DNA of 63,370 nt, counting the filler, from a bacterium (GTDB lineage Bacteria > JAMORN01): the NCBI GenBank assembly GCA_027063545.1. It is 15 parts of 15 records of this genome, joined end to end, with 100 filler letters (N's around TTAATTAATTAA, not from the genome) between each part and the next. Parts side by side here need not be neighbours in the genome. Positions count along the whole stretch, not along the records: positions 11,485 to 22,639 come from JAMORN010000057.1; 14 more parts are not named here. The stretch is one strand, 5' to 3'. Position 1 is the first letter of the stretch, and the number at the start of each line of letters is the position of its first letter. The position numbers and the translations under genes are program-made. The notes under the pieces are model-generated. The model saw only the letters and a list, made by a program, of their open reading frames with translations. It made no database searches and had not been told where the DNA came from. This document shows positions 12,088 through 22,639 of this stretch, one piece after another.

Positions 12088-12180
12088 CGGAGAGGGAGGG
12101 ATTCGAACCCTCGGTACGGGCTTCTAACCCGTACACACGCTTTCCAGGCGTGCCCCTTCGACCAGCTCGGGCACCTCTCC
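12088..12180 (-). tRNA. tRNA-Ser(GGA)
   Basis: Reverse complement GGAGAGGTGCCCGAGCTGGTCGAAGGGGCACGCCT-GGA-AAGCGTG...GGTTCGAATCCCTCCCTCTCCG; long variable arm; CCA not encoded. Confidence 0.97.
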
Positions 12181-12223
12181 TTTTTAACTTGCTTAATAAA
12201 AATAAATATTTAAAAAAATACTT

Positions 12224-12613
12224 TCAATTATTCCCTTTTTCTTTGTTTTTTTGCTGCTCTTTAAAAAATCGATGTTCTTCAACTAAATCTTCAATTAACT
12301 CCTTTAAACTCCAATGAATATTATTCTCTGTTGGTGTGCAGAAGATTGGCCTCTTTAATTCTTTTGGGTATATCTCCAAAAATCTAAAAATCTCATTATC
12401 ATCCAAATTAAGAAGCATAATAATCTTTGTTTCTAAATCCTCAAAGCTTCCTTCTTCCCAATCATCTAATATATGTTTTACTAATATCTCCTCTTTACCA
12501 ACACCTGATATAAACTCACTCTCTCTATTAAACTCCTCTTTTACAGCCTTTTTAATCCTTTCTACCTCATCCTTTGACAAACCATAAACAAAAAAATAAA
12601 ACTTCTCTTCCAT
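12224..12613 (-). CDS. DUF3783-like protein
   Basis: C-terminal IFCTPTENNIHWSLKELIEDLVEEH motif. Confidence 0.75.
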   Translation of the reverse strand: MEEKFYFFVYGLSKDEVERIKKAVKEEFNRESEFISGVGKEEILVKHILDDWEEGSFEDLETKIIMLLNLDDNEIFRFLEIYPKELKRPIFCTPTENNIHWSLKELIEDLVEEHRFFKEQQKNKEKGNN

Positions 12614-12641
12614 AACCTTAAACTCCCTTTACTCTATTATA

Positions 12642-13688
12642 TTATTCTATAACAACCTTACCTTCTCCCTCAATAACCTCTCCTATTATATAAACCTTTT
12701 CTCCCATAGATTTTAAAATTTCTTCTGTTTTATCCGCATCTTTTTTATCAACAAAAACTACCATACCTATTCCCATATTAAAAGTATGATACATATCATA
12801 AAAATCAACTTTTCCAATCTCTTCTATTAGTTTAAAAATAGGTAAAACATCCCAAGAACCCTTATTTATATAAGCATTTAGATTATCCGGAAGTACCCTT
12901 GGTATATTATCCCAAAAACCTCCACCTGTTATATGAGCAAGCCCATGTATCTTTATCCCCTCCTCAAGCACTTTAAAAATACTATTCAAATAACTCTTAT
13001 GAGGTCTTAAAAGCACTTCTCCCACAGTTTCGCCCAATTTATCTAGGTAAGTATCCACCTTATATCCTGCTACCTCAAACAATACCTTTCTTGCTAAAGA
13101 ATATCCATTTGTATGAAGACCTGTTGATGCTAAACCTAAAATCACATCACCTTTTTTTATCATCTTTTTTCCATCAATAAAATCCTTTTCATCTAATATA
13201 CCTACTATCATTCCTGCTAAATCATACTCCCCCTCTTTATACATATCTGGCATCTCTGCCATCTCTCCACCCAAAAGCACCATAGAAGCCTCTTTACAAG
13301 CCTTTGATAATCCTTTTATAATATCAACAACAACCTCTTGTCTGTGTTTTCCCATAGCAATATAATCCATAAAAAATAAAGGCTTTGCTCCCTGAACAAG
13401 TATATCATTAATACAATGATTTACAATATCCTCACCAACAGTATCATGTTTATCCATCATAAAGGCAATTTTTAACTTTGTTCCAACTCCATCAACAGAA
13501 GATACTAGAACAGGTGAATCATATTTTTTAAAATCTACTCTAAAAAGCCCTCCAAAACTTCCTAAATCTGTCAAAACATTAGAATTAAATGTTTCTCTAA
13601 CTAATTTTTTTATCTTTTCTTTTGTCTGGTTTGCTTTGTCTATATCAACCCCTGAATCCTTATAAGATAATCCCTTTTTTTCTTCCAT
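12642..13688 (-). CDS. purM: Phosphoribosylformylglycinamidine cyclo-ligase
   Basis: YKDSGVDID, DGVGTKL, GGEMAEMP, GLHTNGYSL, AHITGGG, TFNMGIG. Confidence 0.97.
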   Translation of the reverse strand: MEEKKGLSYKDSGVDIDKANQTKEKIKKLVRETFNSNVLTDLGSFGGLFRVDFKKYDSPVLVSSVDGVGTKLKIAFMMDKHDTVGEDIVNHCINDILVQGAKPLFFMDYIAMGKHRQEVVVDIIKGLSKACKEASMVLLGGEMAEMPDMYKEGEYDLAGMIVGILDEKDFIDGKKMIKKGDVILGLASTGLHTNGYSLARKVLFEVAGYKVDTYLDKLGETVGEVLLRPHKSYLNSIFKVLEEGIKIHGLAHITGGGFWDNIPRVLPDNLNAYINKGSWDVLPIFKLIEEIGKVDFYDMYHTFNMGIGMVVFVDKKDADKTEEILKSMGEKVYIIGEVIEGEGKVVIE

Positions 13689-13817
13689 ACTTTTCTCCTT
13701 TTTATGTTTATTATTTGTATAAAAATAAATTATTTATATTACGATTTTTTGTTTTTTCTTTTTTAATTTTTATATTTAAAAAAATTAATATTAAACAACA
13801 AGGAGAGGTAAATAGAG

Positions 13818-14147
13818 ATGAAACATTTGGAATCAATAGAAGAATTAGATCAACTTATTACAAATGAAGACTTTGTTTTTTTATATATCTCAACACCTAG
13901 TTGCAATGTATGTAAGGTTTTACTTCCAAAAGTAGATAAACTATTAGAAGAATTCCCAAATATTGAAGCGAGATATATAGATGCAACAAAGTTTTCTGAG
14001 ATTCAAGGAAGATTTTTGGTTTTTGCAGTTCCAACTCTTATTAGTATTATTACAGGAAAAGAAATTTTTAGGGAATCAAGAAATGTTTCGTTGGATATCC
14101 TAAAGGAAAAAATTGAAAGATATTATTCTTTAATATTTGAGGAATAA
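13818..14147 (+). CDS. Thioredoxin family protein
   Basis: CNVC motif, VFAVPT cis-Pro loop; RBS AGGAG upstream. Confidence 0.85.
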   Translation: MKHLESIEELDQLITNEDFVFLYISTPSCNVCKVLLPKVDKLLEEFPNIEARYIDATKFSEIQGRFLVFAVPTLISIITGKEIFRESRNVSLDILKEKIERYYSLIFEE

Positions 14148-14158
14148 GGAAAAAAAGT

Positions 14159-15181
14159 ATGAAAAAGAGGATTGCTATATTAGGGGCAACTGGTTATACA
14201 GGTGAAGAATTAATAAAAAGACTTATTAAACACAGGTATGTAGAGATAGTTTTTTTATCCTCAAGAACCTTTGAGGGAAAAAAAATCTGGGAGATTTTTT
14301 CTTCTCTTAAGGGAGAAATTGATTTAACATTAGAACACCCGGATAAGATTTTTGAAAAACTTGATAATATTGATATTGTTTTTACTGCTTTACCACATAC
14401 TGCTTCTGCTGAGATTATAAAAAAACTATATGATAGGGTTGAATATATAATAGATTTATCTGCGGATTTTAGATTGGATAGGGTAGAGGATTATTTAAAA
14501 TGGTATAAACAATATAATCATCCTGCAACAGATCTTTGGGACAAAAAGGTATATGGACTTGTTGAAATATATAGAGATGTGATAAAAAATTATAAATTAA
14601 TAGCAAATCCGGGTTGTTACCCAACAAGTGTGATTTTAGGGCTTTATCCCCTTGCAAAAGAAAAACTTATAGAAAATGAAATTATTGTTGATTCTAAATC
14701 TAGTATTTCTGGTGCAGGAAGATCATTAAAATATGGAAATCTTTTTGTTGAAATGAATGAAAATCTCTATCCTTATAATGCTGGACATTCTCATCGTCAT
14801 ATAAGCGAGATGGAACAAGAGATATCAAAGGCGTTAGGGGAAGATATTTATGTGATTTTTACTCCTCAGGTTATACCTATTCAAAGGGGTATCTTATCTT
14901 CTATTTATGTTAATCTAAAAAAGAATTTAAAAAAAGAGGAGATATTAGAGATATATAACTCTTACTATAAAAATGAATATTTCATTAAAGTAATAAAAGA
15001 CTATCCAAAACTATCTGATGTTTCATATACAAATTATTGTGAAATAGGTGTAGAAAAGGTTAATGAAAAACGGATTATTGTTTTTTCTGCTATTGATAAT
15101 ATTGTTAAAGGAGCCTCTGGTCAGGCAATTCAGAATATGAATGTTTTACTAGGAATAGATGAAAGAGAAGGATTAATATAA
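14159..15181 (+). CDS. argC: N-acetyl-gamma-glutamyl-phosphate reductase
   Basis: GATGYTG, ALPH, IDLSADFR, ANPGCYPT, DNIVKGASGQAIQNMN. Confidence 0.97.
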   Translation: MKKRIAILGATGYTGEELIKRLIKHRYVEIVFLSSRTFEGKKIWEIFSSLKGEIDLTLEHPDKIFEKLDNIDIVFTALPHTASAEIIKKLYDRVEYIIDLSADFRLDRVEDYLKWYKQYNHPATDLWDKKVYGLVEIYRDVIKNYKLIANPGCYPTSVILGLYPLAKEKLIENEIIVDSKSSISGAGRSLKYGNLFVEMNENLYPYNAGHSHRHISEMEQEISKALGEDIYVIFTPQVIPIQRGILSSIYVNLKKNLKKEEILEIYNSYYKNEYFIKVIKDYPKLSDVSYTNYCEIGVEKVNEKRIIVFSAIDNIVKGASGQAIQNMNVLLGIDEREGLI

Positions 15182-15188
15182 ATTAATT

Positions 15189-15950
15189 ATGAAAAGAATA
15201 GTTTTAAAATTAAGTGGAAAAATTATAGATAATGAAGAGAATTTAAAGATACTCTCTGAAAAAATAAAATCAGCATCTAATTTTCAATTTATAATTATAC
15301 ATGGTGGTGGAATCCAGATTACAAATCTTTATAAAAAATTAAAGATAGAACCTGAATTTGTTGATGGTCTAAGAATAACCTCTTGGGAAGAGATGGAAAT
15401 CGTAGAAATGGTTCTTTCTGGTATTGTTAATAAAAAAATTGTTAATTTATTTTTAAAAAATGATATTGATACTATTGGGATAAGTGGTAGAGATAATCTT
15501 CTTTTTGGAAAGCCTAAAGAAGAAAAACTTAAAAGAGTAGGTATAATAACAAAAGTTAATATAGAAATTTTTGATAAATTAAAAAGTTTTAAGGCTATTG
15601 TTATCTCTCCTGTTTCAAATGATGAAGATTTTCTACCTTTAAATGTTAATGCTGATGATGCAGCTACAGCTATTGCTATAGCATTGAAAGTAGAATATCT
15701 TTTTCTATTTTCTGATGTTGAAGGAGTATTAGATAAAAACGGAAATGTTATAGAAAAAATAAATGAATCTAAAGTTGAAGAGTTAATAAATTATGGTGTA
15801 GTAAAGGAGGGAATGATAGTAAAATTAAAATCCTCTATAGAAGCAATAAAAAAAGGTGTAAAAAATATTATTATAACAAAAATAAATAACTCTTTTTCCT
15901 TTGATAATATAGATAGTAATAACTTTAAAAAAACTATAATATCTTCATAG
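15189..15950 (+). CDS. argB: Acetylglutamate kinase
   Basis: IIHGGG, FVDGLRIT, NVNADDAA, SDVEGVLD, GMIVK; follows argC. Confidence 0.92.
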   Translation: MKRIVLKLSGKIIDNEENLKILSEKIKSASNFQFIIIHGGGIQITNLYKKLKIEPEFVDGLRITSWEEMEIVEMVLSGIVNKKIVNLFLKNDIDTIGISGRDNLLFGKPKEEKLKRVGIITKVNIEIFDKLKSFKAIVISPVSNDEDFLPLNVNADDAATAIAIALKVEYLFLFSDVEGVLDKNGNVIEKINESKVEELINYGVVKEGMIVKLKSSIEAIKKGVKNIIITKINNSFSFDNIDSNNFKKTIISS

Positions 15951-15959
15951 CATTATATT

Positions 15960-16256
15960 CTACTCTTCTCCAAAAAGCTTTAATAATTTCCTAGCTATGT
16001 TGTCTATATAAAGGTTGTAAAAGTATGGATTTTTTATATCTTCTTGTTTAATATGTTCTAATTCTTGTTCTTTAGATTCTAATTTTTTTGCTTCTTCAGA
16101 TATACTAACCTTTACAGAATTATTATTCTTTACAATCTTTTTATTTACCTTAGGTATTATATCTTTTATTATTGGAGAAACAACTCTATACCCTGCATAT
16201 TTTTCCCTTAAAAGCTCAGCTAACTTTTGTGTAATACTTATATCATTTCCCATCAT
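15960..16256 (-). CDS. Putative anti-sigma-28 factor FlgM (divergent)
   Basis: 98 aa; VKVSISEEAKKL ... IKQEDIKNPYFY ... NIARKLL resembles the FlgM C-terminal half; sigma-28-type promoter directly upstream. Confidence 0.55.
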   Translation of the reverse strand: MMGNDISITQKLAELLREKYAGYRVVSPIIKDIIPKVNKKIVKNNNSVKVSISEEAKKLESKEQELEHIKQEDIKNPYFYNLYIDNIARKLLKLFGEE

Positions 16257-16289
16257 AACCTACCTCCTTGTAGGTATTTCTATTATATA

Positions 16290-16316
16290 TTATCGGAAGA
16301 ATATAATAAGTCTTTA
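16290..16316 (-). promoter_or_regulatory. Sigma-28 (FliA)-type promoter
   Basis: Minus strand reads TAAA-N15-TCCGATAA (consensus TAAA-N15-GCCGATAA), upstream of an AGGAGG RBS. Confidence 0.7.
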
Positions 16317-16336
16317 ATTTATAAAAAGATAAACAG

Positions 16337-17431
16337 CTATTTTAGTTGTATCTCTAATACACCTCTAGAAAAATCTTTTATCTCTATTGTTTTATCTCCT
16401 ATACTTTTAGAATCTAAAATATCTGCCAAATCTTCAGCACTTGGACCTAAAAATTTTATATCAAACTCACAAAATCCAACAGATTTATTCCAGTTTCTCT
16501 TATCAACCTTTTGTATCTTTTTTATACCCATTAAAAAGTTTTTTAAAGCTTTATATTCTTTAAAACTATTAACCCCATAAGCCTTTAGGACAATATCTAT
16601 ACCATTATTTTGTTGATTAGCGAAATCATCAAACACTTTTATCATAAATTTTGGTAAAAAATCCTTTGCTAAAGCCTTTTTTATTGCCTTTTGAATACCA
16701 ACCTCTGGGTCTATATGTGGAAAAGCAGCACTTGTAGAAATTGCTGATAAAATTTTTGCATTATTAACATTTATAGCCTTTAATGTTATAACTACCTGAT
16801 TTGATAACATATCTCCTAATAAAGGTGTCTTTTTTGAAGATGTTTTTACCTTTCCTGTTATAATAATATCAACTCCAAATCTTGTTTTTAAATATGAAGC
16901 TAATTTTTTATTTCCTTCTATTTCTTCTGATGTTATAACTTCTTTTTTTCTAATTTCCTTTAATTGATCTGGGTCTAAAACATTAAAACCTTTATCTAAT
17001 AATATATTTACTATCTCTGCTTCTGCTATTTCATTATTTAAAATCACTGCTACTTTAGGATTTCCTAAAGACTCTAAGAGAATTCTCATAGCTTCTTTAT
17101 CTGATATTATACTATTTAAAGTTACAATAGCCTTTATCTTTACCTCTATTAAATTATCTGGTGTTGTTGTTTTTGAAAGGATTTCATACTTTTTTACAAA
17201 ACCATATGTTCGTGTTGTTATTTTATCATATTTTAGCATAAAATTTTCCACAACTGTTTCTGATGAAATAAATACTCCTAAACCTTCTCTTACAGCTTCT
17301 CTTTTTGCTTGAAGGATTGCTTCTTCTTCTGTTTTCCCTAAACCTGTTACAACAACTTCTTTTTCATCTTGAGCAAAAATTAAAGAAAAATTTAAGATTA
17401 AAACTATAATAAAAAGACCTATTTTTTTCAT
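16337..17431 (-). CDS. Secreted protein with FlgT N-terminal-like domain
   Basis: Likely start MKKIGLFII (17431, GGAG RBS) with signal peptide; VVVTGLG..EEAILQAKREAVREGLGVFISSET...GFVKKYEIL. Confidence 0.6.
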   Translation of the reverse strand: MKKIGLFIIVLILNFSLIFAQDEKEVVVTGLGKTEEEAILQAKREAVREGLGVFISSETVVENFMLKYDKITTRTYGFVKKYEILSKTTTPDNLIEVKIKAIVTLNSIISDKEAMRILLESLGNPKVAVILNNEIAEAEIVNILLDKGFNVLDPDQLKEIRKKEVITSEEIEGNKKLASYLKTRFGVDIIITGKVKTSSKKTPLLGDMLSNQVVITLKAINVNNAKILSAISTSAAFPHIDPEVGIQKAIKKALAKDFLPKFMIKVFDDFANQQNNGIDIVLKAYGVNSFKEYKALKNFLMGIKKIQKVDKRNWNKSVGFCEFDIKFLGPSAEDLADILDSKSIGDKTIEIKDFSRGVLEIQLK

Positions 17432-17453
17432 ACACATCTCCTTTTTTGTTTTT

Positions 17454-17843
17454 TTATATAACTTCTTCAACAATCCATTTATAATCATTTTCCTTTCTTA
17501 GAAAAAATCCTTTTACCTCAATTTCTTCTTCATCTTTTAACCAATTTTCTTTTATATAATCTACAACCCTCTTTATATTCTCTATATGTTCTTGATTTTT
17601 TACAGGATTTCCAGCACAATCCTCATGACCAAATACTAAAATATTTTTAGAATTATGTTTCTCCAAGGAAATAAATATTGATTCCTTTATATAATCTCTT
17701 AAAACCTTATCTTTTAAAAAAAAGCCATCTATTCCTGGGGCTGTTATCATATCTACAAATTCTATATTATAAATATCCTTTATAAAATCTAAAACTACTC
17801 TTTGAAGCCTTCCATCAATACAATTTAAAGCTGTAATAAACAT
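17454..17843 (-). CDS. Small beta-class carbonic-anhydrase-like protein
   Basis: CxDxR (NCIDGR) and HxxC (GHEDCAGNP) zinc-ligand motifs. Confidence 0.75.
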   Translation of the reverse strand: MFITALNCIDGRLQRVVLDFIKDIYNIEFVDMITAPGIDGFFLKDKVLRDYIKESIFISLEKHNSKNILVFGHEDCAGNPVKNQEHIENIKRVVDYIKENWLKDEEEIEVKGFFLRKENDYKWIVEEVI

Positions 17844-17855
17844 AAGCTTTCCTTT

Positions 17856-18695
17856 TTAAAAATTATCTACAATGAAAACAACTCTACATTGCTTTAATGC
17901 CTCTACACTCTTAGGTGAAGCTAAAAGTTTTTCAGCATCGCTATTTGATATTATAACATCTGTTTTTAATTTTCCTTTTATACCCTTTGCTTTTACCATT
18001 AAAGGATTAGTACCTATTCTATCTTTTAAGTCTTTAGCTTCCTTTTCACTATTTACATAAACAACCATTCCTTCCATTTTAAATAAATAATCACCATCAA
18101 TCTTTGATTCAGAATAAACAACATTTCCATTTTCATCATAAATCTTTACAGTCAAAGCGGGCATTAATTCCAATCCTCTACAATCAACAATCAAGCCTGT
18201 ATAGTCTTCTACTTTTGTATCCTTTTTTATAGGCTTAATATCTTCTTTTCCTATTTTATCCATTGGTAAAATTTCTCTCATTAATTCTGGATTTTCATAC
18301 AAAGGTATTTTTACTTCTATTTCTACTGTTCCATCACTAAAATAGTGAGGCTCTCCTACCTCATAAGTTTTTATCATTCCTTCGACATTTTTTATTATAA
18401 TATCATTTGTTAACATATGATTTTCTATTGTTGTTTCTGAGTTTAAATTAACACCTTTTATAATCTCTATAGCATTCCTTAAGGCTACAACTTTAGCTGC
18501 TTCAATTACAGCAGGTCTTTGTACAGCTAATGACATTTGGGGATTTACAGCCCCTATACCTTTTGCTATTACTATAGGTCCTTTTTCTGTCCATTCAATT
18601 CTTCCTAACTCTTTAGAAAAAGAGTATAACATTGATATAGATATCATTATAAAAACTACTACAGCTATTATTTTTATAATCTTATTACCTCTCAT
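17856..18695 (-). CDS. LPP20-like secreted protein
   Basis: Signal peptide; AKGIGA, AAKVVALRN..E.IKGV, YTGLIVDCRGL, GTNPLMVKA, C-terminal VVFIVD. Confidence 0.65.
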   Translation of the reverse strand: MRGNKIIKIIAVVVFIMISISMLYSFSKELGRIEWTEKGPIVIAKGIGAVNPQMSLAVQRPAVIEAAKVVALRNAIEIIKGVNLNSETTIENHMLTNDIIIKNVEGMIKTYEVGEPHYFSDGTVEIEVKIPLYENPELMREILPMDKIGKEDIKPIKKDTKVEDYTGLIVDCRGLELMPALTVKIYDENGNVVYSESKIDGDYLFKMEGMVVYVNSEKEAKDLKDRIGTNPLMVKAKGIKGKLKTDVIISNSDAEKLLASPKSVEALKQCRVVFIVDNF

Positions 18696-18818
18696 ATAAA
18701 AAAACTCCTTGTTTTATAATTTGTATTTTCTCCTTTTATTTTTATATTTTATTAAAATAAAAATAAAAAAACCTTTTTCAATATAAAAAATTAATAAATT
18801 AAAGAAAAAAATAATTTT

Positions 18819-19418
18819 ATGAAAACTATTGTAAATTTACTTACGATTTCTAGAATTCCTTTAATAATACTATTTGCTTATTTTTCTATAGTAAACAATA
18901 TAAAACAAAAGCCTTTTATATTTTTTATTAATATTTTTATTCTTATTATTATTGGTATAACTGATTTTTTAGATGGATATCTTGCACGAAAATACAAAGT
19001 AACAACAAAATTTGGAGAATATATAGATCCTTTAATGGATAAAATATTTTTTGCTATTGTTTTTCCTGTTTTAGCTTATCTTGCTGGTGTTAATAATGAA
19101 AAAATACATCTACTTATTTTAATATTTTTAATTATAATCTTTTGGATTAGAGATTTAATAGTAACTTTTTTAAGAATATTTGCTGAAAAATATAATATAA
19201 AACCCGGAGCATCAATGTGGGGAAAAATAAGAACATTCTCTACTTTTTATATTGTTATCTTGATATATTACTTTCTCCAGAAACCTAAAACTTTTCCTGA
19301 AATTTCTCCTACTATATTATATATAGTTGAAGGTTATTTAATCATTTATACTTTAATAACATTAATAACTTATATAAAGCAATTTCTTCCTGCTATAAAA
19401 AAAGAGTTAAAATACTAA
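18819..19418 (+). CDS. CDP-alcohol phosphatidyltransferase (PgsA-like)
   Basis: NLLTISR; TDFLDGYLARKYKVTTKFGEYIDPLMDK signature. Confidence 0.9.
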   Translation: MKTIVNLLTISRIPLIILFAYFSIVNNIKQKPFIFFINIFILIIIGITDFLDGYLARKYKVTTKFGEYIDPLMDKIFFAIVFPVLAYLAGVNNEKIHLLILIFLIIIFWIRDLIVTFLRIFAEKYNIKPGASMWGKIRTFSTFYIVILIYYFLQKPKTFPEISPTILYIVEGYLIIYTLITLITYIKQFLPAIKKELKY

Positions 19419-19424
19419 AAAATT

Positions 19425-19949
19425 TTATCTAAAAAAAATAAGAGTCGCTCCCTCTCCCCCGTATTTCTCTTCAGGATGATAATAATATTCTATCACATCT
19501 TTATATTCTTTCTCTATAATAAAATATAAAAGATCTTTTAAAAACGCTCCTTTAAATATAGATTGTGAACCTTGCCATATTTTAGATCTTTCCCCTTTCC
19601 CATGAATAATTAACACTTGTCTTTTATTTGAAGCTAAAGATTTGTTTAAAAAGTTTCTAATTTCTATAATTGCATCTTCTTCTGTTAAACCTCTAATATT
19701 TAACGTATCTATATTTAATTCTATTTGTTCTTTTTCTTTTCTTTTTTTTGTAGATCTATTTTTTTCTTTTTTTATCTCTTCTTCTAAAAGTTTATCTTTA
19801 TCAATAATATTGTATTTTGCTAAAAAAGATTCTATTTTTTCATCTCTTTCTTCTCTATTAATTCCATAATAATTATTAAAATCCTCTATTGAGGAAAAGA
19901 CTTTCTCTTCCTTTAATAAATCTTTTAAACGCTTCTTCTTTTTACTCAT
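19425..19949 (-). CDS. Smr domain protein
   Basis: LNIRGLTEEDA, LIIHGKG, YGGEGAT. Confidence 0.8.
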   Translation of the reverse strand: MSKKKKRLKDLLKEEKVFSSIEDFNNYYGINREERDEKIESFLAKYNIIDKDKLLEEEIKKEKNRSTKKRKEKEQIELNIDTLNIRGLTEEDAIIEIRNFLNKSLASNKRQVLIIHGKGERSKIWQGSQSIFKGAFLKDLLYFIIEKEYKDVIEYYYHPEEKYGGEGATLIFFR

Positions 19950-19954
19950 ACCAT

Positions 19955-20683
19955 CTATCTAAATAAATTGTATTTAAAAATTGCATATATTGTCCTAATA
20001 CCATCTTTCCATCCTATCTTTTTTCCCTCTTCATAGCTTCGTCCATGATATGATATACCCATTTCATATATTTTTATTCCTTTTATTTTTGCTATTTTTG
20101 CTGTAATTTCTGCTTCAAAGCCAAACCTATCTTCTTCTATAGTTATTTTTTTTATTATATCTGCTTTAAACACTTTATAACATGTTTCTATATCTGATAG
20201 ATTTAAATTTGTAAACATATTAGAAATAAATGTTATAATATTGTTAACAACATAGTGCCAAAATAAATGTACCCTTCTTTCATGGGTTGTTATAAATCTA
20301 GAACCATACACAACATCAGCATCCCTTTCTAATATAGGTCTTATAAGCATTAAAAGTTCTTTAGGTTCATATTCTAGATCAGCATCTTGAATAGCAACAA
20401 TTTTCCCTTTAACATATGAAAGCCCCGTCCTAATAGCAGCTCCTTTTCCTCTATTTTTTTCATGATGTATTATATTAATAACAGGGTTTTTTTCAAATTT
20501 TTTTAATATCTCAGCTGTTTTATCTGTTGAGGCATCGTTAACAACTATAATCTCTTTTGATACAGGTAATTCTAAAACTTTATTAAGAACTTTTTCTATA
20601 AAATTTTCTTCATTATATACAGGAATTATAATAGATAGAAGAGGCTGATCTTCCTTTAAATTATCTTGCTTCTGTTGTATCAT
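19955..20683 (-). CDS. Glycosyltransferase family 2 (polyprenol-phosphate glycosyltransferase-like)
   Basis: IIPVYNE, QDADLEYEP, VVYGSRF, DIETCYK, EEGKKIGWKDG. Confidence 0.92.
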   Translation of the reverse strand: MIQQKQDNLKEDQPLLSIIIPVYNEENFIEKVLNKVLELPVSKEIIVVNDASTDKTAEILKKFEKNPVINIIHHEKNRGKGAAIRTGLSYVKGKIVAIQDADLEYEPKELLMLIRPILERDADVVYGSRFITTHERRVHLFWHYVVNNIITFISNMFTNLNLSDIETCYKVFKADIIKKITIEEDRFGFEAEITAKIAKIKGIKIYEMGISYHGRSYEEGKKIGWKDGIRTIYAIFKYNLFR

Positions 20684-22639
20684 AATCTACATCCTGTGGT
20701 TTAATATCTCCTTTTATTATTAAAATATCTCTTTTCTTATAGAAATAAAACTCCTTTTTATATAGTAAATTATTATTATTATAAAATAAAATTTCATGAT
20801 ATCCCGGGGATAATTTAAATATCTTTAAAGAATCATTAAAAAGAGAAAAATCAAATGTATTATCCAACCTTATATATAAAGAATTACTATAATTAACTCT
20901 TATTTTTAAAATATCAGTAGTATCTTTATATGTCTTTGATAACTTTACATATTTAAAATCTTTTATATTTGAAAGAATTTCTGCAGACGTCCATAAAATA
21001 GGATATAATACATTATAATAATCTTTTTTATAGTATAAATTTCGAGGAATATCTATAATTATAACAGGAGCAGAGACCTGTTGTAAGATAAAATTTATCA
21101 TTTTAAAATGAATAGTTTTATAACCTAATTGATTATAATAATAACTTAAAATATTGGCAAAATCATCACCTATTAAACTATATTTATATGTAATTATACG
21201 AATTTTATCACCAAAAAATGAGGAATTTATTCTTATGAAAATTTCTCCTTGATTTTGCTCATTCTTTAAAAGCCTATAAGCATCATCATAATTTATATTA
21301 TCCTCTCTTGTTAATAAAACTTTTGCTCCAGAGAGAATAAATAGTTGTTTTAATATTTTGCTATAATGAAGGGTTATATCTCCTTCTCTATTAAATAAAG
21401 AATCAATAAAACCACAATCGTCTCCCCCACAGGCTGGATCTATTGTGATTCTTCTATTAAATAAAGTTCTCTCAAAAATAGGTGTAAGTTTTATTATATT
21501 AATACCTTTTTTTAAATCTTTTTTCTTTATTTTTCTGCCATAATATCCTATAGAATTTATATAAAAAGAATCAGCTTCTATCTTATTAACATTAAATAAT
21601 CTGTTAAAAATAATAATTGTTGTATCCTTTGTATATACGAATAAAGGATATTTTATCTCTTTATTTTCTATATAAATCTGTTTTAAGCCATCTATCTTTT
21701 TTACAAAAAAGTAATCTGTGTATAATGTATCATTATTTTTATAAAAAATTAATTTATATTTTCCTTCTTTTTTAAAAGATAGATAACTTGTTGTTTGATA
21801 ATTAGTTATAATAATATTTTCTTCATATTCAACATTATCAGGTATTATTTTTAATTTTATAGTATCTTCCTTTATAGGTGACATATTTTTATCAAAAACT
21901 TTTAAAGTAAAACTATTTATTATAGGGATATCTTTGTTTATAGAAACATATCCTGAGTCATTTTTATATAAAGAGATAAATTTTGTTTTTCTGTAGACAG
22001 ATAACTTTATAATAATATCTTTAGAATAACTTCCATTTATAGATTCAAATGTTAATATCAATCTGTGATTACCTTTTTCTACATTTTTTATAAAGATTAT
22101 ACATTCTTTTGGTGAGACAAAATAATAAAACAGGCTATTTTTTGATAATTTTTGATTATCAAATTTTATCTTTATAATATTATTAATCAGACTTTTATTA
22201 AACAATAATTTTATTTGTATATCTTTTTTGGTATCTAATACCTTAATATTCTCTATTTGTGGTATAGGATCAGAAAAAAAGTCAACAATTCCCTTAAGGT
22301 AAGATATTGCTTCATTTAAAAGGTTAAGATCCTCTGAAAGAAATTTTTCTGTTTTTGGATTAGTTAAATATCCATATTCTCCTAAAATAGATGGTATATT
22401 CTCTCTTGTTCTTAAAACAAAGTAATTTCCCATTTTTACTTTTACAGGTGAAACCTTTAATGACTTTTTCATATATTTTATAATACTTTTAGAAGCTTCT
22501 AAAGATCTATAAGGATCTGAATACTTATAAAAAACATAAATACCATCTTCATCTCTGTTTAAAGAAGCTGATGCATTATGGTGTATAGAAATAAAAAGAT
22601 CTATGCTATCAATAGATTGTACCTTTTCTAACCTTCTTT
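20661..22639 (-). CDS. N-acetylmuramoyl-L-alanine amidase (Amidase_3) with a second degenerate amidase domain; 5' truncated
   Basis: Frame open to the linker: DLFISIHHNAS ... ILGEYGYLTN; later ITIDPACGGDDCG ... EGDITL ... VLLTRED. Confidence 0.75.

Noticed and set aside
12088-12180. tRNA-Ser as an integration site
   Set aside because: No integrase and no duplicated tRNA 3' end visible within the fragment
19425-19949. Smr protein with atypical LNIRG start and an insert after HGKG
   Set aside because: Stand-alone Smr proteins are variable in these loops; nothing clearly beyond family variation
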